A stretch of 64,000 nucleotides of DNA from an uncultured Gammaproteobacteria bacterium (GCA_964511965.1 CAZEGF010000023.1:42887-106886), one strand, 5' to 3'; counted from the stretch's first letter, positions 1 through 9,884 are shown. Notes: generated by a model from the sequence alone, not told the origin. Program-made: numbers and translations.

Positions 1-1
1 C

Positions 2-724
2 GCAATTTTGTCTATACATGCAGGACAGGGAGGGGTGGATGCTATGGATTGGGCAGGAATGTTATCCCGGATGTATCAACGGTTTTTTGAAAGGCGAGGT
101 TTTAAATTTGAGATCATTGATCAAACAAATGGTGAAGAGGCCGGTATCAAAAGTATAGACTATCTCGTGGAGGGGGAATTTGCTTATGGTTATTTAAAAG
201 GCGAAAATGGAACGCACCGCCTTGTACGACTCTCCCCATTTAATGCAAATAATCTCAGACAAACATCATTCGCATTAGTCGAAGTACTACCGCAAACGGA
301 TGATGACAATGCTCTTAAGATTAATGAAGATGATCTTGAGTGGGATTTCTATCGTGCTTCTTCTCATGGTGGGCAAAATGTTCAAAAAGTCAGTAGTGCA
401 GTGCGCCTCACCCACAAACCAACAGGAATTATTGTTACCAATCAGACTGAACGGTATCAAGGTCAGAATAGAGAGTACGCACTAAAACTTTTGAGAGCAA
501 AACTTCTTGCAAGGGCAGAGGAAGAAAGGGTTGCTGCTGAGCGGAAAATTAAAGGGGATTATAAAGCTGCTTCATGGGGAAACCAAATCAGGAATTATGT
601 TTTGCATCCGTACCAAATGGTAAAAGATGTTAGGACAAATGTTGAAACGAGCAATACGGAAGCTGTCTTGGATGGTGATATAGATATATTTATCGAAGCA
701 GAACTAAAAGATGTTTCGAATTAA
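2..724 (+). CDS. prfB: Peptide chain release factor 2 (5'-partial)
   Basis: GGQ motif (SSHGGQNVQK), RF2-specific SPF (RLSPFNA), WGNQIRNYVLHPY; frame open from window edge. Confidence 0.97.
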   Translation, partial: AILSIHAGQGGVDAMDWAGMLSRMYQRFFERRGFKFEIIDQTNGEEAGIKSIDYLVEGEFAYGYLKGENGTHRLVRLSPFNANNLRQTSFALVEVLPQTDDDNALKINEDDLEWDFYRASSHGGQNVQKVSSAVRLTHKPTGIIVTNQTERYQGQNREYALKLLRAKLLARAEEERVAAERKIKGDYKAASWGNQIRNYVLHPYQMVKDVRTNVETSNTEAVLDGDIDIFIEAELKDVSN

Positions 725-2384
725 GCCCCCTATTCTTTTATTGATAATTGGGTTTGTCACCTATGCAAATAGTCTTTTTAATTCTTTCGTTTTAGAAGAT
801 AGAGCAAATATTCTCAGAAATCCTAGCATTCAGAATTTTTTTAACATACCAAATTTATTTTTTCATCAAGTGGGTGGTCAAGAATCACTACAATATTACC
901 GGCCGGTCCTTTTTACTTTCTATACTTTACTCTATTCGCTCTTTGGGGAATTTACTTTCCCTTATCATTTTGTTCAACTTTTACTACAGATAACTAATAG
1001 TTTTTTAATTTTTGTTTTGTTTAAAAAATATCTTAACAAACAAATTGCTTTCATAATTTCAATATTATTTTTAATTCATCCCATTAATGAAGAGACGGTA
1101 GTGTGGATAGCAAATCTTCAGGATGTTTTATTCGTCTTTTTCGGATTGCTTTCACTTCTTGTTTTACAAAGAAAAGTTTTGTCTACAAAAAATATTCTAC
1201 TTTCAAACTTATTAGTTTTATTATCATTATTTTCTAAAGAGGCAGGAATACTATTTGTCGGTCTTGGATTTTTATATGTATATCTCTATCACAAAAAGGA
1301 TTTTTGGTTCTACAGTTTTTTTACCGGAATAACAGGAATAATTTACGTTATTCTAAGACTTGCCTCCCAAATTCCATTACAAAAAGAATCATTGGTTCCA
1401 ATCATGGGACTAACTTTTTCGCAACGGATGATCCAAATACCTTCTATAATTTTTTACTATTTAAAAACATTACTATTTCCATTTAGTCTTGCTGTATATC
1501 ATTCAGAAATAATTCATGAAATAAATTTTGAAAACTTCTATTTTCCGCTAATTGTTGATGTAATATTTCTTGGACTATTGTTATCTGTCGCTTACAAACT
1601 AATACAAAAAGGCACCGATAAAAAAATTGTTTTATTTTTTCTCTTATGGTTTTCGTTAGGTTTACTTTTACATATTCAGATAATTCCATTAGATTTTACT
1701 GTTGCTGATCATTTCTTTTTATTTCCATTCATAGGACTTTTAGGACTGACGGGGTTATATATAAATCAGTTTGGAAAAAAATTTTTAAATCAAAAGATTG
1801 TCTTAGGTTTGACTTTTATAATTTTAAGTTTATTGTTTGTCCGGACGGTTGTCAGAAATTTTGATTGGCGTGATCAAAAAACGTTGTTATCGCATGATAT
1901 TAAAGTAAATCCAAACGATTATTTATTAGAGTTGCTATACACTACCGAACTTATAAATGACAAAAAACTTGATGAAGCCGAAACTCACATACATCATGCA
2001 ATTTCATTGTATCCCCAAAGTTATCTGGGGTTGAGTAGTCTTGGCGTTATTTATTATCAGAAAGGTGACTTTAAAAAAGCAAAGGAATCATTTGAGAGAT
2101 CAATGAAATATGGGAGAAATTTTGGTGCATATGAAAATTATGGCTTGCTGCTTCTCAAACACGATTCGTTACCAGTTGCCAATGAGTTTATAAGAAAGGC
2201 AAACAATATATTTCCCAACAGCAAAAAGTTATGGTACTACAGAATAATTTCTGAATATAAATCAGGGAATTTAGACATGGCCTTACTGGCATCTAAAAAT
2301 TATTATTTACTATCACTAGATCAACAAAGCTACACAATTTACTCTTATCTTAAAGAAAAAAAACCAATAAAGATTGAGTTCTAG
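711..2384 (+). CDS. TMTC-like GT-C membrane glycosyltransferase with C-terminal TPR repeats
   Basis: FVLED loop, YYRP, LFLIHPINEETV.WI, LFSKE, DHFFLFP, RNFDW motifs; multi-TM N-terminal part and TPR-like helices. Confidence 0.8.
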   Translation: MFRIKPPILLLIIGFVTYANSLFNSFVLEDRANILRNPSIQNFFNIPNLFFHQVGGQESLQYYRPVLFTFYTLLYSLFGEFTFPYHFVQLLLQITNSFLIFVLFKKYLNKQIAFIISILFLIHPINEETVVWIANLQDVLFVFFGLLSLLVLQRKVLSTKNILLSNLLVLLSLFSKEAGILFVGLGFLYVYLYHKKDFWFYSFFTGITGIIYVILRLASQIPLQKESLVPIMGLTFSQRMIQIPSIIFYYLKTLLFPFSLAVYHSEIIHEINFENFYFPLIVDVIFLGLLLSVAYKLIQKGTDKKIVLFFLLWFSLGLLLHIQIIPLDFTVADHFFLFPFIGLLGLTGLYINQFGKKFLNQKIVLGLTFIILSLLFVRTVVRNFDWRDQKTLLSHDIKVNPNDYLLELLYTTELINDKKLDEAETHIHHAISLYPQSYLGLSSLGVIYYQKGDFKKAKESFERSMKYGRNFGAYENYGLLLLKHDSLPVANEFIRKANNIFPNSKKLWYYRIISEYKSGNLDMALLASKNYYLLSLDQQSYTIYSYLKEKKPIKIEF

Positions 2385-4120
2385 TTACAGTGCTCTATAA
2401 ATTTACTTGTATAAATAGGAGCTTTTTGGTCGTTTTGCTTTTGATATATAAAGGAAATATTTTGAAGAGCAGCACAATTATTGGGTTCGAATTGTAAGTA
2501 TCTTAGATTCATTGCTAACCATTGATTCTCCCAACCAACATTTCTAAAAAAATTGACGAGCTGTCTAACATTATTTTTAGAATTTAAATCATTAGGTGAA
2601 AGTTTTATATTGTTTTGATCAATAAAATATCTATCGATAAGTTTTTGGTTTTGCGCATTTTGTTTTAGAAAAATAGCAACTGTATTGTTGAGATATACCA
2701 TTTTCCAGTTTGGATGACGAATAATTATGTTAAGAAACGTTTCCCCGGAGGGTGAGGTGTCAGTGTGGGCTAAAATTATGGCATTAAATCCATAATTTTT
2801 GTCAATTAAATCAAAAGTTCTTTGGGAATTTTGCATAGGAAAATATATATTATCAAAAAATGATTTTGGATATGCTTCAGGTCTTCCATCGACAAATACT
2901 TTTTCTTTTGGATATAAGGAAAAGTCTAAATAATTTCCAATATCGTAATTGTTAAATATTGGACCACGTATATTGTTTTTCTTGACAAATTCTATTGATT
3001 CTTTTGCATTGTCAATGGTTCCAAACCCAAAACCATGTATATCAATGTTTTGTTTGATTGATGGAATTAACAATAGAAAAAAAATAATTATTGCTACGAT
3101 TTCGATTTTTCTAATCATTTTCTGCCCGAACTTTTTTTGTTTCTTCTCCAAAAAATTTATAATTTCATTGACAACTATTAACAATGGTATAAAAGTCCCA
3201 ATTGCAAAGAGAGGAAACATCCTGACTGCAAATAATCCAAGAAATGTGAAAAAAATTGAAAGAAGAATATCAATAGGTTTTAACTTGTTCCATGTAAACA
3301 AGATTCCTACCCACAATAAAGCAATGGCAATTTCAAAAAACAGAAATGTCGTGTCGGTATATGAATTTATTGCCGTCAAAAATCCACTGTTTTCCTCCAC
3401 CTTAAAGCCATAATTTTGCATGACAAAAAGTGGATAAAATGCACCCCTTATAAAATTCGGATTTATTAGAGTAGAGACTATTGATGATGATAAAATTATT
3501 AAAAGTGTTTTTGATTTTTCGAATTTAAACTTATTCCTAATTAATTCATCCAGCAAAAATAAAGTAATAGTAGCGTAACCAAGAAAGAAAAAAATATGAA
3601 GATTGGTCCATAAAAGTTGAAGGGGTATTAGCAAATAAATAAGATTAGTTTTTACTTTTCGAAACTTATAAAGAATAAATATGAATAATGCGAGCAGCAA
3701 GTAACTAAATAATTCAGGTTTTACTTCTGTTCTTTCATAAACAATTTGAATATAAAGAAGTGAGACAATTGTGAATGCTAATAATTTGTATTTTCCAAAA
3801 ACATTTTTAACAAGCAGTCCAAAACTCAATAAAGCAAGTACTATTGCTAATATTATAAGTCCATTTCCTCCAAATAATTTATAGATACTGTAAAAAAATA
3901 CCTCAGTTAGCCAATTCGCATTAATGAATGGAAAATTTGGATTGGTATATGAGAGTAGATTGGTTGACGGTACAGTATGTGTTGTAACAATTATTTCACC
4001 CATCTTAAGATAGTAGCCAAGATCACCTACAAGATTTGTTATGGGGTGAAGGTAGTAAAGTCCGAGTAAAATAAAGAGAACGGAAACAGAAGAAATTGAA
4101 AATATTTTAACCAATCGCAT
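2381..4120 (-). CDS. Polytopic membrane protein, putative GT-C glycosyltransferase
   Basis: DLGYYLKMGE, WLTEVFFY, KPELFS, LWTNLH, NP and VFVDGRPEAY motifs; many TM segments. Confidence 0.7.
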   Translation of the reverse strand: MRLVKIFSISSVSVLFILLGLYYLHPITNLVGDLGYYLKMGEIIVTTHTVPSTNLLSYTNPNFPFINANWLTEVFFYSIYKLFGGNGLIILAIVLALLSFGLLVKNVFGKYKLLAFTIVSLLYIQIVYERTEVKPELFSYLLLALFIFILYKFRKVKTNLIYLLIPLQLLWTNLHIFFFLGYATITLFLLDELIRNKFKFEKSKTLLIILSSSIVSTLINPNFIRGAFYPLFVMQNYGFKVEENSGFLTAINSYTDTTFLFFEIAIALLWVGILFTWNKLKPIDILLSIFFTFLGLFAVRMFPLFAIGTFIPLLIVVNEIINFLEKKQKKFGQKMIRKIEIVAIIIFFLLLIPSIKQNIDIHGFGFGTIDNAKESIEFVKKNNIRGPIFNNYDIGNYLDFSLYPKEKVFVDGRPEAYPKSFFDNIYFPMQNSQRTFDLIDKNYGFNAIILAHTDTSPSGETFLNIIIRHPNWKMVYLNNTVAIFLKQNAQNQKLIDRYFIDQNNIKLSPNDLNSKNNVRQLVNFFRNVGWENQWLAMNLRYLQFEPNNCAALQNISFIYQKQNDQKAPIYTSKFIEHCN

Positions 4121-4192
4121 TTTCCCATTATACTAAAGCGAAGGCTGACTAGGGTTGAATAAAAGCTCAGAATATGATTATATAAAGATTGC

Positions 4193-4660
4193 ATGGAAGA
4201 TCAAAAATCACCTAAAAAAGAGCTTTTACACAATTTAAGTTCATCAAAAAGAAACGGCAATTCTATGGCAAAACCATTAATTTTAACAATAGTCATAGTA
4301 CTTATTTTGGGCGTTGGGACAGGCTATATCGCATCAAATGTCGGATCGACTAAAAAGGGTCCAATCTCTATAAATAGTAGTAGCTCAAGCGGTTCAATAG
4401 GGAAAGGATTTACAGCTGGTGTTACAGACACTAAAGCTTTTCCAGACTCAGCAGAAGGAAAACTTGAGGCTGGAGGAATTGATGGTGAGGGCGCTTATCA
4501 TTTAGTCCGACCCGGTGGAGATTCACAAAATGTTTATTTAACCTCATCTGCAGTTGACCTGTCTCAATTTGTCGGTAAAAAAATAAAGGTCTGGGGTCAA
4601 ACTCAATCAGCGGAAAAAGCAGGTTGGCTCATGGATGTAGGAAAAATTGAGGTTTTATAG
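4193..4660 (+). CDS. Single-TM hypothetical protein with small beta-rich (OB-like) C-terminal domain
   Basis: N-terminal TM, Ser-rich linker, DLSQFVGKKIKVWG; first gene of the ftsEX run. Confidence 0.6.
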   Translation: MEDQKSPKKELLHNLSSSKRNGNSMAKPLILTIVIVLILGVGTGYIASNVGSTKKGPISINSSSSSGSIGKGFTAGVTDTKAFPDSAEGKLEAGGIDGEGAYHLVRPGGDSQNVYLTSSAVDLSQFVGKKIKVWGQTQSAEKAGWLMDVGKIEVL

Positions 4661-4678
4661 TCCCCACATTTGATTTAC

Positions 4679-5524
4679 ATGATTAAGTTTCAAGAAGTGT
4701 CCAAACAATACTATTCGGATCTTGCCCTAGATAGGCTAAGCTTTTCTATTGACAAAGGTGATTTTGTATTTCTAGTTGGACCAACAGGGAGCGGAAAAAC
4801 CACGATTTTCAGGTTAATAATCCGAGACTTACTCCCTACTGAAGGAGAAATTCATATCGGGGACATTGATATTCTAAAATTGCCGGGTAAAAAGATACGG
4901 CAATTAAGAAGAAACGTAGGGGTTATTTTCCAAGACCTAAAACTTTTACACGATAGAACTGTTGGGGAAAATGTTATGCTTCCTTTGCAATTTTCTGGAG
5001 TCTCTGAGAGTGACTCAAAAACAAGGGCCGAGGAAGTTCTGGCTGATGTTGGCTTGAAAGATGCATTTAATAAATTTCCTCAACAATTATCCGGAGGAGA
5101 ACGTCAAAGAGTAGCTATTGCAAGAGCACTCGTTTTTGATCCTGAAGTTATTTTGGCTGATGAGCCGACAGGCAATCTAGATATTGAGACCAGCATGCAA
5201 ATTTTAGATTTGTTGGACCAAATAAATAAAACAGGTACAACAATATTTATGGCAACTCACAATGATAGAATTATTGAAACAACAAAAAAAAGAGTAATAG
5301 TTCTTGAAAACGGTAAACTGAAAGAGGATAGAAAGAAAAAAAGTGGAGAAACACATCACGCTACTGAAACTCATCATGTAAGTGAATCCCACCATGAAAA
5401 AAAGGAAGAACATAAAGAAAAAATAGAAGTTAAAGATGAAAAAAAAGAAGTTCGACTTCCTGCTCAGGATTTAAAAACAGAAGACGGAAAAATTAGTCTT
5501 GATCAATTAGTCAAAAAACAATAA
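4679..5524 (+). CDS. ftsE: Cell division ABC ATPase FtsE with His/Glu/Lys-rich C-terminal tail
   Basis: Walker A GPTGSGKTT, LRRNVGVIFQD, LSGGE, LADEPTGNLD, MATHN; next gene is ftsX; start moved to ATG 4679. Confidence 0.92.
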   Translation: MIKFQEVSKQYYSDLALDRLSFSIDKGDFVFLVGPTGSGKTTIFRLIIRDLLPTEGEIHIGDIDILKLPGKKIRQLRRNVGVIFQDLKLLHDRTVGENVMLPLQFSGVSESDSKTRAEEVLADVGLKDAFNKFPQQLSGGERQRVAIARALVFDPEVILADEPTGNLDIETSMQILDLLDQINKTGTTIFMATHNDRIIETTKKRVIVLENGKLKEDRKKKSGETHHATETHHVSESHHEKKEEHKEKIEVKDEKKEVRLPAQDLKTEDGKISLDQLVKKQ

Positions 5525-5529
5525 TTTCT

Positions 5530-6396
5530 ATGCATATTCAAACAGTTTCAAAATACATTAGGCGTTCGCCATATCAGTCAGTTGCTGCAGTTCTTATAAT
5601 GTCTTTAACGTTTTTATCAATTGCCGTTTTTTCAATTATTACAATTATTTCAGTCAGAGTTATAAATTATTTTGAAACAAGACCACAACTATCAGTATTT
5701 TTCAAGCAGGATGCAACAACAGATGATATTAAAGGACTAAGAACTCAACTAGAAGCTACCGGTAAAACTAGAAGTATAAAATTTGTCTCACAAAATGAAG
5801 CTCTATCCATATACAAACAACAGAACAAAGAGGATCCGTTACTTTTGGACTTAGTCACTTCAGATATTTTACCTGCCTCTTTGGACGTACAAGCAACTGA
5901 TGCACAATATCTCTCAAGTCTTGCCCAGGTTGCAAAGGGATCAAAAGTGGTTGATGAGGTTGTATTTCAAAAAGACATAGTTGATACACTCATTAAATTT
6001 ACTAATGGTCTTCGACAAATTGGTATTGTTATTATTTCTGTTCTATTGCTCGTTTCTATCTTTGTGATACTGACAATAATTGGTATAAAAATTACAGTTA
6101 GAAAAGATGAAATTGAGATAATGAAACTTATAGGCGCGAGTAATTGGTTTATTCGTACACCGTTTCTTCTTGAAGGAATATTTTATGGAGCGGTTGGTGC
6201 GATTATCGGTTGGGGTATTTCATATGGAGTTCTTGCTTTTTATGCAACTCCTAAAATAGAATCATTCTTCGGTGGGGTACCTGTTCTTCCAATAGAGCCA
6301 ATTTTAATGGCTGAAGTTTTTGCTATATTATTTATATCGGCAGTTATTTTGGGTGCGTTTTCAAGTTTTCTGGCAGTTCTTCGGTACTTGAAATAA
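5530..6396 (+). CDS. ftsX: Cell division permease FtsX
   Basis: RKDEIEIMKLIGASNWFIRTPFLLEG signature; 4-TM topology. Confidence 0.93.
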   Translation: MHIQTVSKYIRRSPYQSVAAVLIMSLTFLSIAVFSIITIISVRVINYFETRPQLSVFFKQDATTDDIKGLRTQLEATGKTRSIKFVSQNEALSIYKQQNKEDPLLLDLVTSDILPASLDVQATDAQYLSSLAQVAKGSKVVDEVVFQKDIVDTLIKFTNGLRQIGIVIISVLLLVSIFVILTIIGIKITVRKDEIEIMKLIGASNWFIRTPFLLEGIFYGAVGAIIGWGISYGVLAFYATPKIESFFGGVPVLPIEPILMAEVFAILFISAVILGAFSSFLAVLRYLK

Positions 6397-6400
6397 TGTC

Positions 6401-7675
6401 ATGACAAATCATTTTTACTTCAAAAAAGTATTAAGTATTAGTGTCGTTTTTGTTGCTTTTTTGCTTTTTCCGTTGGTAAGTTTTGCCGATGATCCAACCC
6501 CAACTCCAACTCCTACTTCTTCACCAAGTTCAGCAAATTCAACAAGTAACATTGGTGATTGTAGTGATAACCATGTTTCTGTAGCTGATTGTCCAAATTA
6601 TTTGCAAAGTAAGCTGTCAAATTTACAGGGTCAAGATAAAACCCTTTCTTCCCAAATTGCAATTGCTGATAACCAAATAAAATTAACTGAGGCAAAAATA
6701 GATAGTACACAGGCTCAAATCGCAAATCTAGAGGAGGATATTGAAATTACGAAAACAAAAATATCAAGCTCTGAGGGGGATTTAGATAAAACCTCGCACG
6801 CTTTTGTTGGCCGTGCAAAAGCTGTGTATCAAGTCGGAACAATTGACCCATGGCAAGTGCTTTTGACTTCAAACACGTTGGATAATTTTTTCACAAGACT
6901 TAAGTATCTTAAGATTGTTCAGCTTTTTGACAAGAAAAATATTTATGCTGCAGAACAAGCCAAGGTAAATTATGCAAATCAACAGGATATTTTAGAGGAT
7001 AAAAAGAAACAAGAAGAAGCTTTGAATGCTAAATTGCAAGATTATACGGACCAACTCAATCAGGATAAAGAATCCAAGAAAAAACTACTTGCTGAAACTC
7101 AAGGTAGTGAGGCAAATTATCAACGATTACTTAATGCTGCACGCGCTCAACTGGCTGGTTTTAGTAATTTCGTAGCTGCCCAGGGTGGAGCGTCACTACT
7201 ATCCGGACAAACTTCCTGCGACTCCTGGGGTTGCTATTACAATCAAAGAGATTCAAGTTGGGGAGGTATGGCTTTGAATGGAACGCAATATACTCTTGCT
7301 AGCGATGGATGTCTGGTTACATCAATGGCTATGATTTTTACACATTATGGTCATCATATAACCCCGGTTGATATTAATTCCAACTCTTCAAATTTTGCTT
7401 CCTATTACCCTGCATATTTGTTGTTTACAATTTCTGCGGGTGGAGCAACAGCTCAAAGGGTAGGTGCAACAATGGATTCTGAGTTATCATCCGGTAACCC
7501 ATTGGTCGTAGGAATAAATGCATATGGGGGCACACATTTTGTAGTTATTAAGAGCGGGTCAAATGGAAGTTACACTATGAATGATCCTTATTTGTCCAAT
7601 GGGCACGATATTAGTTTTACCGATCACTATTCTATGAATAGTATATTCTCGATACAGAAAGTAGTATTTATGTGA
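6401..7675 (+). CDS. PcsB/CwlO-type coiled-coil protein with C-terminal peptidase C39-like domain (FtsEX-associated hydrolase)
   Basis: Signal peptide, PT linker, long coiled coil, then YYNQRD..W, GCLVTSMAM (Cys), HFVVI (His), NDP (Asp). Confidence 0.8.
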   Translation: MTNHFYFKKVLSISVVFVAFLLFPLVSFADDPTPTPTPTSSPSSANSTSNIGDCSDNHVSVADCPNYLQSKLSNLQGQDKTLSSQIAIADNQIKLTEAKIDSTQAQIANLEEDIEITKTKISSSEGDLDKTSHAFVGRAKAVYQVGTIDPWQVLLTSNTLDNFFTRLKYLKIVQLFDKKNIYAAEQAKVNYANQQDILEDKKKQEEALNAKLQDYTDQLNQDKESKKKLLAETQGSEANYQRLLNAARAQLAGFSNFVAAQGGASLLSGQTSCDSWGCYYNQRDSSWGGMALNGTQYTLASDGCLVTSMAMIFTHYGHHITPVDINSNSSNFASYYPAYLLFTISAGGATAQRVGATMDSELSSGNPLVVGINAYGGTHFVVIKSGSNGSYTMNDPYLSNGHDISFTDHYSMNSIFSIQKVVFM

Positions 7676-7763
7676 TTGGCAAAACGTGCATTGCATGCTA
7701 AGTTTTACCGATCACTATTCGATGAATAGTATATTCTCAATACAGAAAGTAGTGTTTATGTAA
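7613..7763 (+). repeat. 63-bp direct repeat of the 3' end of CDS 6401..7675 (7613-7675 and 7701-7763)
   Basis: 59/63 identical; differences TCT/TCG, TCG/TCA, GTA/GTG, TGA/TAA are all synonymous. Confidence 0.97.
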
Positions 7764-7766
7764 TTT

Positions 7767-7936
7767 GGCTTCACATTACGTGTTTGCAAGTGACGCTCAG
7801 TGCAGTTCCAACAATTCAAAACAACTTCCCTTCTTCGCTATGTGAACGCCTCTTTTAAGGAATTTTTCTATACAGATAAGTTTTTTTTCGGCGTTCAAAT
7901 CACTATGCAAACAGTAAATGTTGAGCCTTTCGGCCC
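7767..7936. other. Long fold-back intergenic element of unknown type (ncRNA, attC-like or MITE candidate)
   Basis: Outer arms 7767-7793 and 7900-7927 imperfectly complementary; inner stem TGAACGCC 7843-7850 / GGCGTTCA 7890-7897; GGGCC-GAAA-GGCTC hairpin on minus strand 7923-7936. Confidence 0.6.
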
Positions 7937-7993
7937 GGAGTAATAGGGGGTTGAAAGTTTGGTGAGTTTCCTTTTAAATCAAAATAATCATTC

Positions 7994-8857
7994 ATGCGTA
8001 AAATTGTTGTCATTAGTTTACTTTTTCTTTTGTTTTCCTTCCCAAAAAATGTTTTTGCCGTTTCAATAACTATCAATACACATCCTGATACAATATCCTC
8101 TTCCGATCAGTTTACTGTAAATGTTTCGATTTCAGGAGCTGACGCTGGTAAAAATTATTTGAGAATACAATTATATAAAGAGGGTACTACAAAATATTTT
8201 GGTGAAACTTACAACGGAAGTACATGGTACAGAGATTCTGATGGAACACAATATTTTCCTATTGATATAACTTCGGGGACTACATGGACTGGAGATGTTC
8301 AGGGAAGGTTCGGGTCGCCTAGTCCATCTGAGTATGATGGCCAAGGAACATATAAGATGAGAATTCAGAGATACACAAGCTCAGGAAGCTTGGGTTCTGA
8401 AGATGAAAATTCAAGTGCGGTAACTCAAACAATTACTGTTCCTACACCTTCTCCATCCCCATCTCCAACTCCTACACCTACCAAATCACCAACTCCGTCT
8501 CCTACTCCAACTCCAACAAAAGCACCAACTCCTACTCCAACTCCAACAAAAACACCAACGCCTACTCCAGCGACATCATCAAAAAATACACCAACTCCGC
8601 TTCCTACAGTTGACCCTAACCGGGAAGGTGGCACAGAGTCGGCTGTTTTCGACCAACCAGTTCAGGGGCATGAGAGCATATTGGGTAATAGTACAGGCTT
8701 TAACAACATGCAATCAGGTATATCTGACGATAATAATTCCTACAGCTGGGGGAAGCTATTTATTTTAATGGGTGTGGTTCTTGTAGGTGGTGCCTGTGGT
8801 ATACTTTTGTACAATAACTATAGAAAACAAAAAGAGAGCAGCATAACCTCACAGTAA
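7994..8857 (+). CDS. Exported surface protein: beta-rich domain, Pro/Thr-rich linker, C-terminal TM anchor
   Basis: Signal peptide (VFA), [14 protein letters not shown]... tract, hydrophobic helix followed by basic tail. Confidence 0.8.
   Translation: MRKIVVISLLFLLFSFPKNVFAVSITINTHPDTISSSDQFTVNVSISGADAGKNYLRIQLYKEGTTKYFGETYNGSTWYRDSDGTQYFPIDITSGTTWTGDVQGRFGSPSPSEYDGQGTYKMRIQRYTSSGSLGSEDENSSAVTQTITVPTPSPSPSPTPTPTKSPTPSPTPTPTKAPTPTPTPTKTPTPTPATSSKNTPTPLPTVDPNREGGTESAVFDQPVQGHESILGNSTGFNNMQSGISDDNNSYSWGKLFILMGVVLVGGACGILLYNNYRKQKESSITSQ
8435..8606 (+). repeat. Low-complexity Pro/Thr/Ser-coding tandem repeats
   Basis: Repeated CCTACTCCAACTCCAACAAAA units encoding PTPTPTK. Confidence 0.85.
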
Positions 8858-8860
8858 TAA

Positions 8861-9313
8861 ATGATTTCAGTAAAAGTTACAAAAACATCAGAAGAAACGG
8901 AAAAAGTTGGGGAGGAATTTGCACGGCAATTAAATCCTCAAGATGTCATATTTTTAATAGGCAAATTGGGTAGTGGAAAAACTACCTTTGTAAAAGGACT
9001 CGCCCGTGGACTTGGAATTGTCAGTAGGATAATTTCACCGACTTTTGTTGTTGTCAGACAACATACGTTACCAACAACAAATTATGAGATTTTAGATGGA
9101 AAGGTAAAAACTCTTTACCACCTAGATCTTTACAGATTGCAAAACACTCAAGAAGCATTGGCAATAGACATGAAAGATTATTTAGATGATACAAGTGGAA
9201 TAGTTGCAATAGAATGGCCGGAATTAAGTCAAAAAATAGTAAATAAAAAAGTTTGGAAAGTAAAAATAGATGTAAAAAATGAGATGCGTGAAATAAGTAT
9301 GTCTTATGAATAA
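8861..9313 (+). CDS. tsaE: tRNA t6A biosynthesis ATPase TsaE
   Basis: GKLGSGKTTFVKG, SPTF, HLDLYRL, IEWPE. Confidence 0.95.
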   Translation: MISVKVTKTSEETEKVGEEFARQLNPQDVIFLIGKLGSGKTTFVKGLARGLGIVSRIISPTFVVVRQHTLPTTNYEILDGKVKTLYHLDLYRLQNTQEALAIDMKDYLDDTSGIVAIEWPELSQKIVNKKVWKVKIDVKNEMREISMSYE

Positions 9314-9884
9314 TGAAGATTTTATTCAAAATTTCAAAGAGGGAAAGATAGGAATTTTCCCTACAGATACTGCTTATGGAATCGGATGCCGGATAGATGA
9401 CGCATCTTCGATTGATAAAATTTATAAATTAAGAAACCGCCCTGAAGAAAAAGCTCTACTTGCACTGGTTAGCTCTGTCGAAATGGCAGAAGAATATGTA
9501 AATATCCCTGAAGATGTAAAAGATCAACTGATTGAGAAGTATTGGCCCGGTGGTCTTACGATAATTTTCAATTGCTATGTTGATAAAATTCCTGCAAATG
9601 TCAGAGCTAATGGAACGACATTGGCAGTAAGATGGCCAAATCACAAAGGTCTTTGTGAGATTATAGATAAGGTAGGGGTTCCAATTGTAGCCCCCTCCGC
9701 AAATTTTTCAGGAGAACCTACACCTTTGGAACTCTCTGAGGTAGACACTGAATTAATTGAGTCTGTTGACTTTGTTATTGAGGGTATGTGTACAATAAAG
9801 GGCGTAAGCACAATTGTTGACGTGACCGTAACGCCATGGAAAGTTGTCCGTAAAGGAGTAATCGAATTGGAAATTGAGAATTGA
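9306..9884 (+). CDS. tsaC: L-threonylcarbamoyladenylate synthase (TsaC/YrdC, no Sua5 C-domain)
   Basis: FPTDTAYGIG, RNRP, WPGGLT, PSANFSG, STIVD. Confidence 0.93.
   Translation: MNNEDFIQNFKEGKIGIFPTDTAYGIGCRIDDASSIDKIYKLRNRPEEKALLALVSSVEMAEEYVNIPEDVKDQLIEKYWPGGLTIIFNCYVDKIPANVRANGTTLAVRWPNHKGLCEIIDKVGVPIVAPSANFSGEPTPLELSEVDTELIESVDFVIEGMCTIKGVSTIVDVTVTPWKVVRKGVIELEIEN

Noticed and set aside
1-60. prfB programmed +1 frameshift
   Set aside because: The site would lie upstream of the window and cannot be assessed
5450-5470. GTTCGACTTCCTGCTCAGGAT in the ftsE tail, reminiscent of REP-like insertions
   Set aside because: Single short occurrence with no partner arm seen
7676-7701. CIRCE-like TTGGCA...TGCTAA between the duplicated gene ends
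   Set aside because: Half-site spacing is 14 rather than 15 nt and it is not at a promoter
7613-7763. Diversity-generating retroelement VR/TR pair
   Set aside because: Mismatches are not confined to adenines of one copy (T/G, G/A, A/G, G/A), all are silent, and no reverse transcriptase is in the window
7767-7927. Retron msr-msd (outer inverted repeats enclosing a loop and a hairpin)
   Set aside because: No adjacent reverse transcriptase and the inner hairpin is poorly paired; kept only as an unexplained structure
8425-8634. Gly/Val-repeat ORF on the minus strand
   Set aside because: Antisense shadow of the Pro/Thr linker; the other short ORFs nested in long genes were rejected as shadows too
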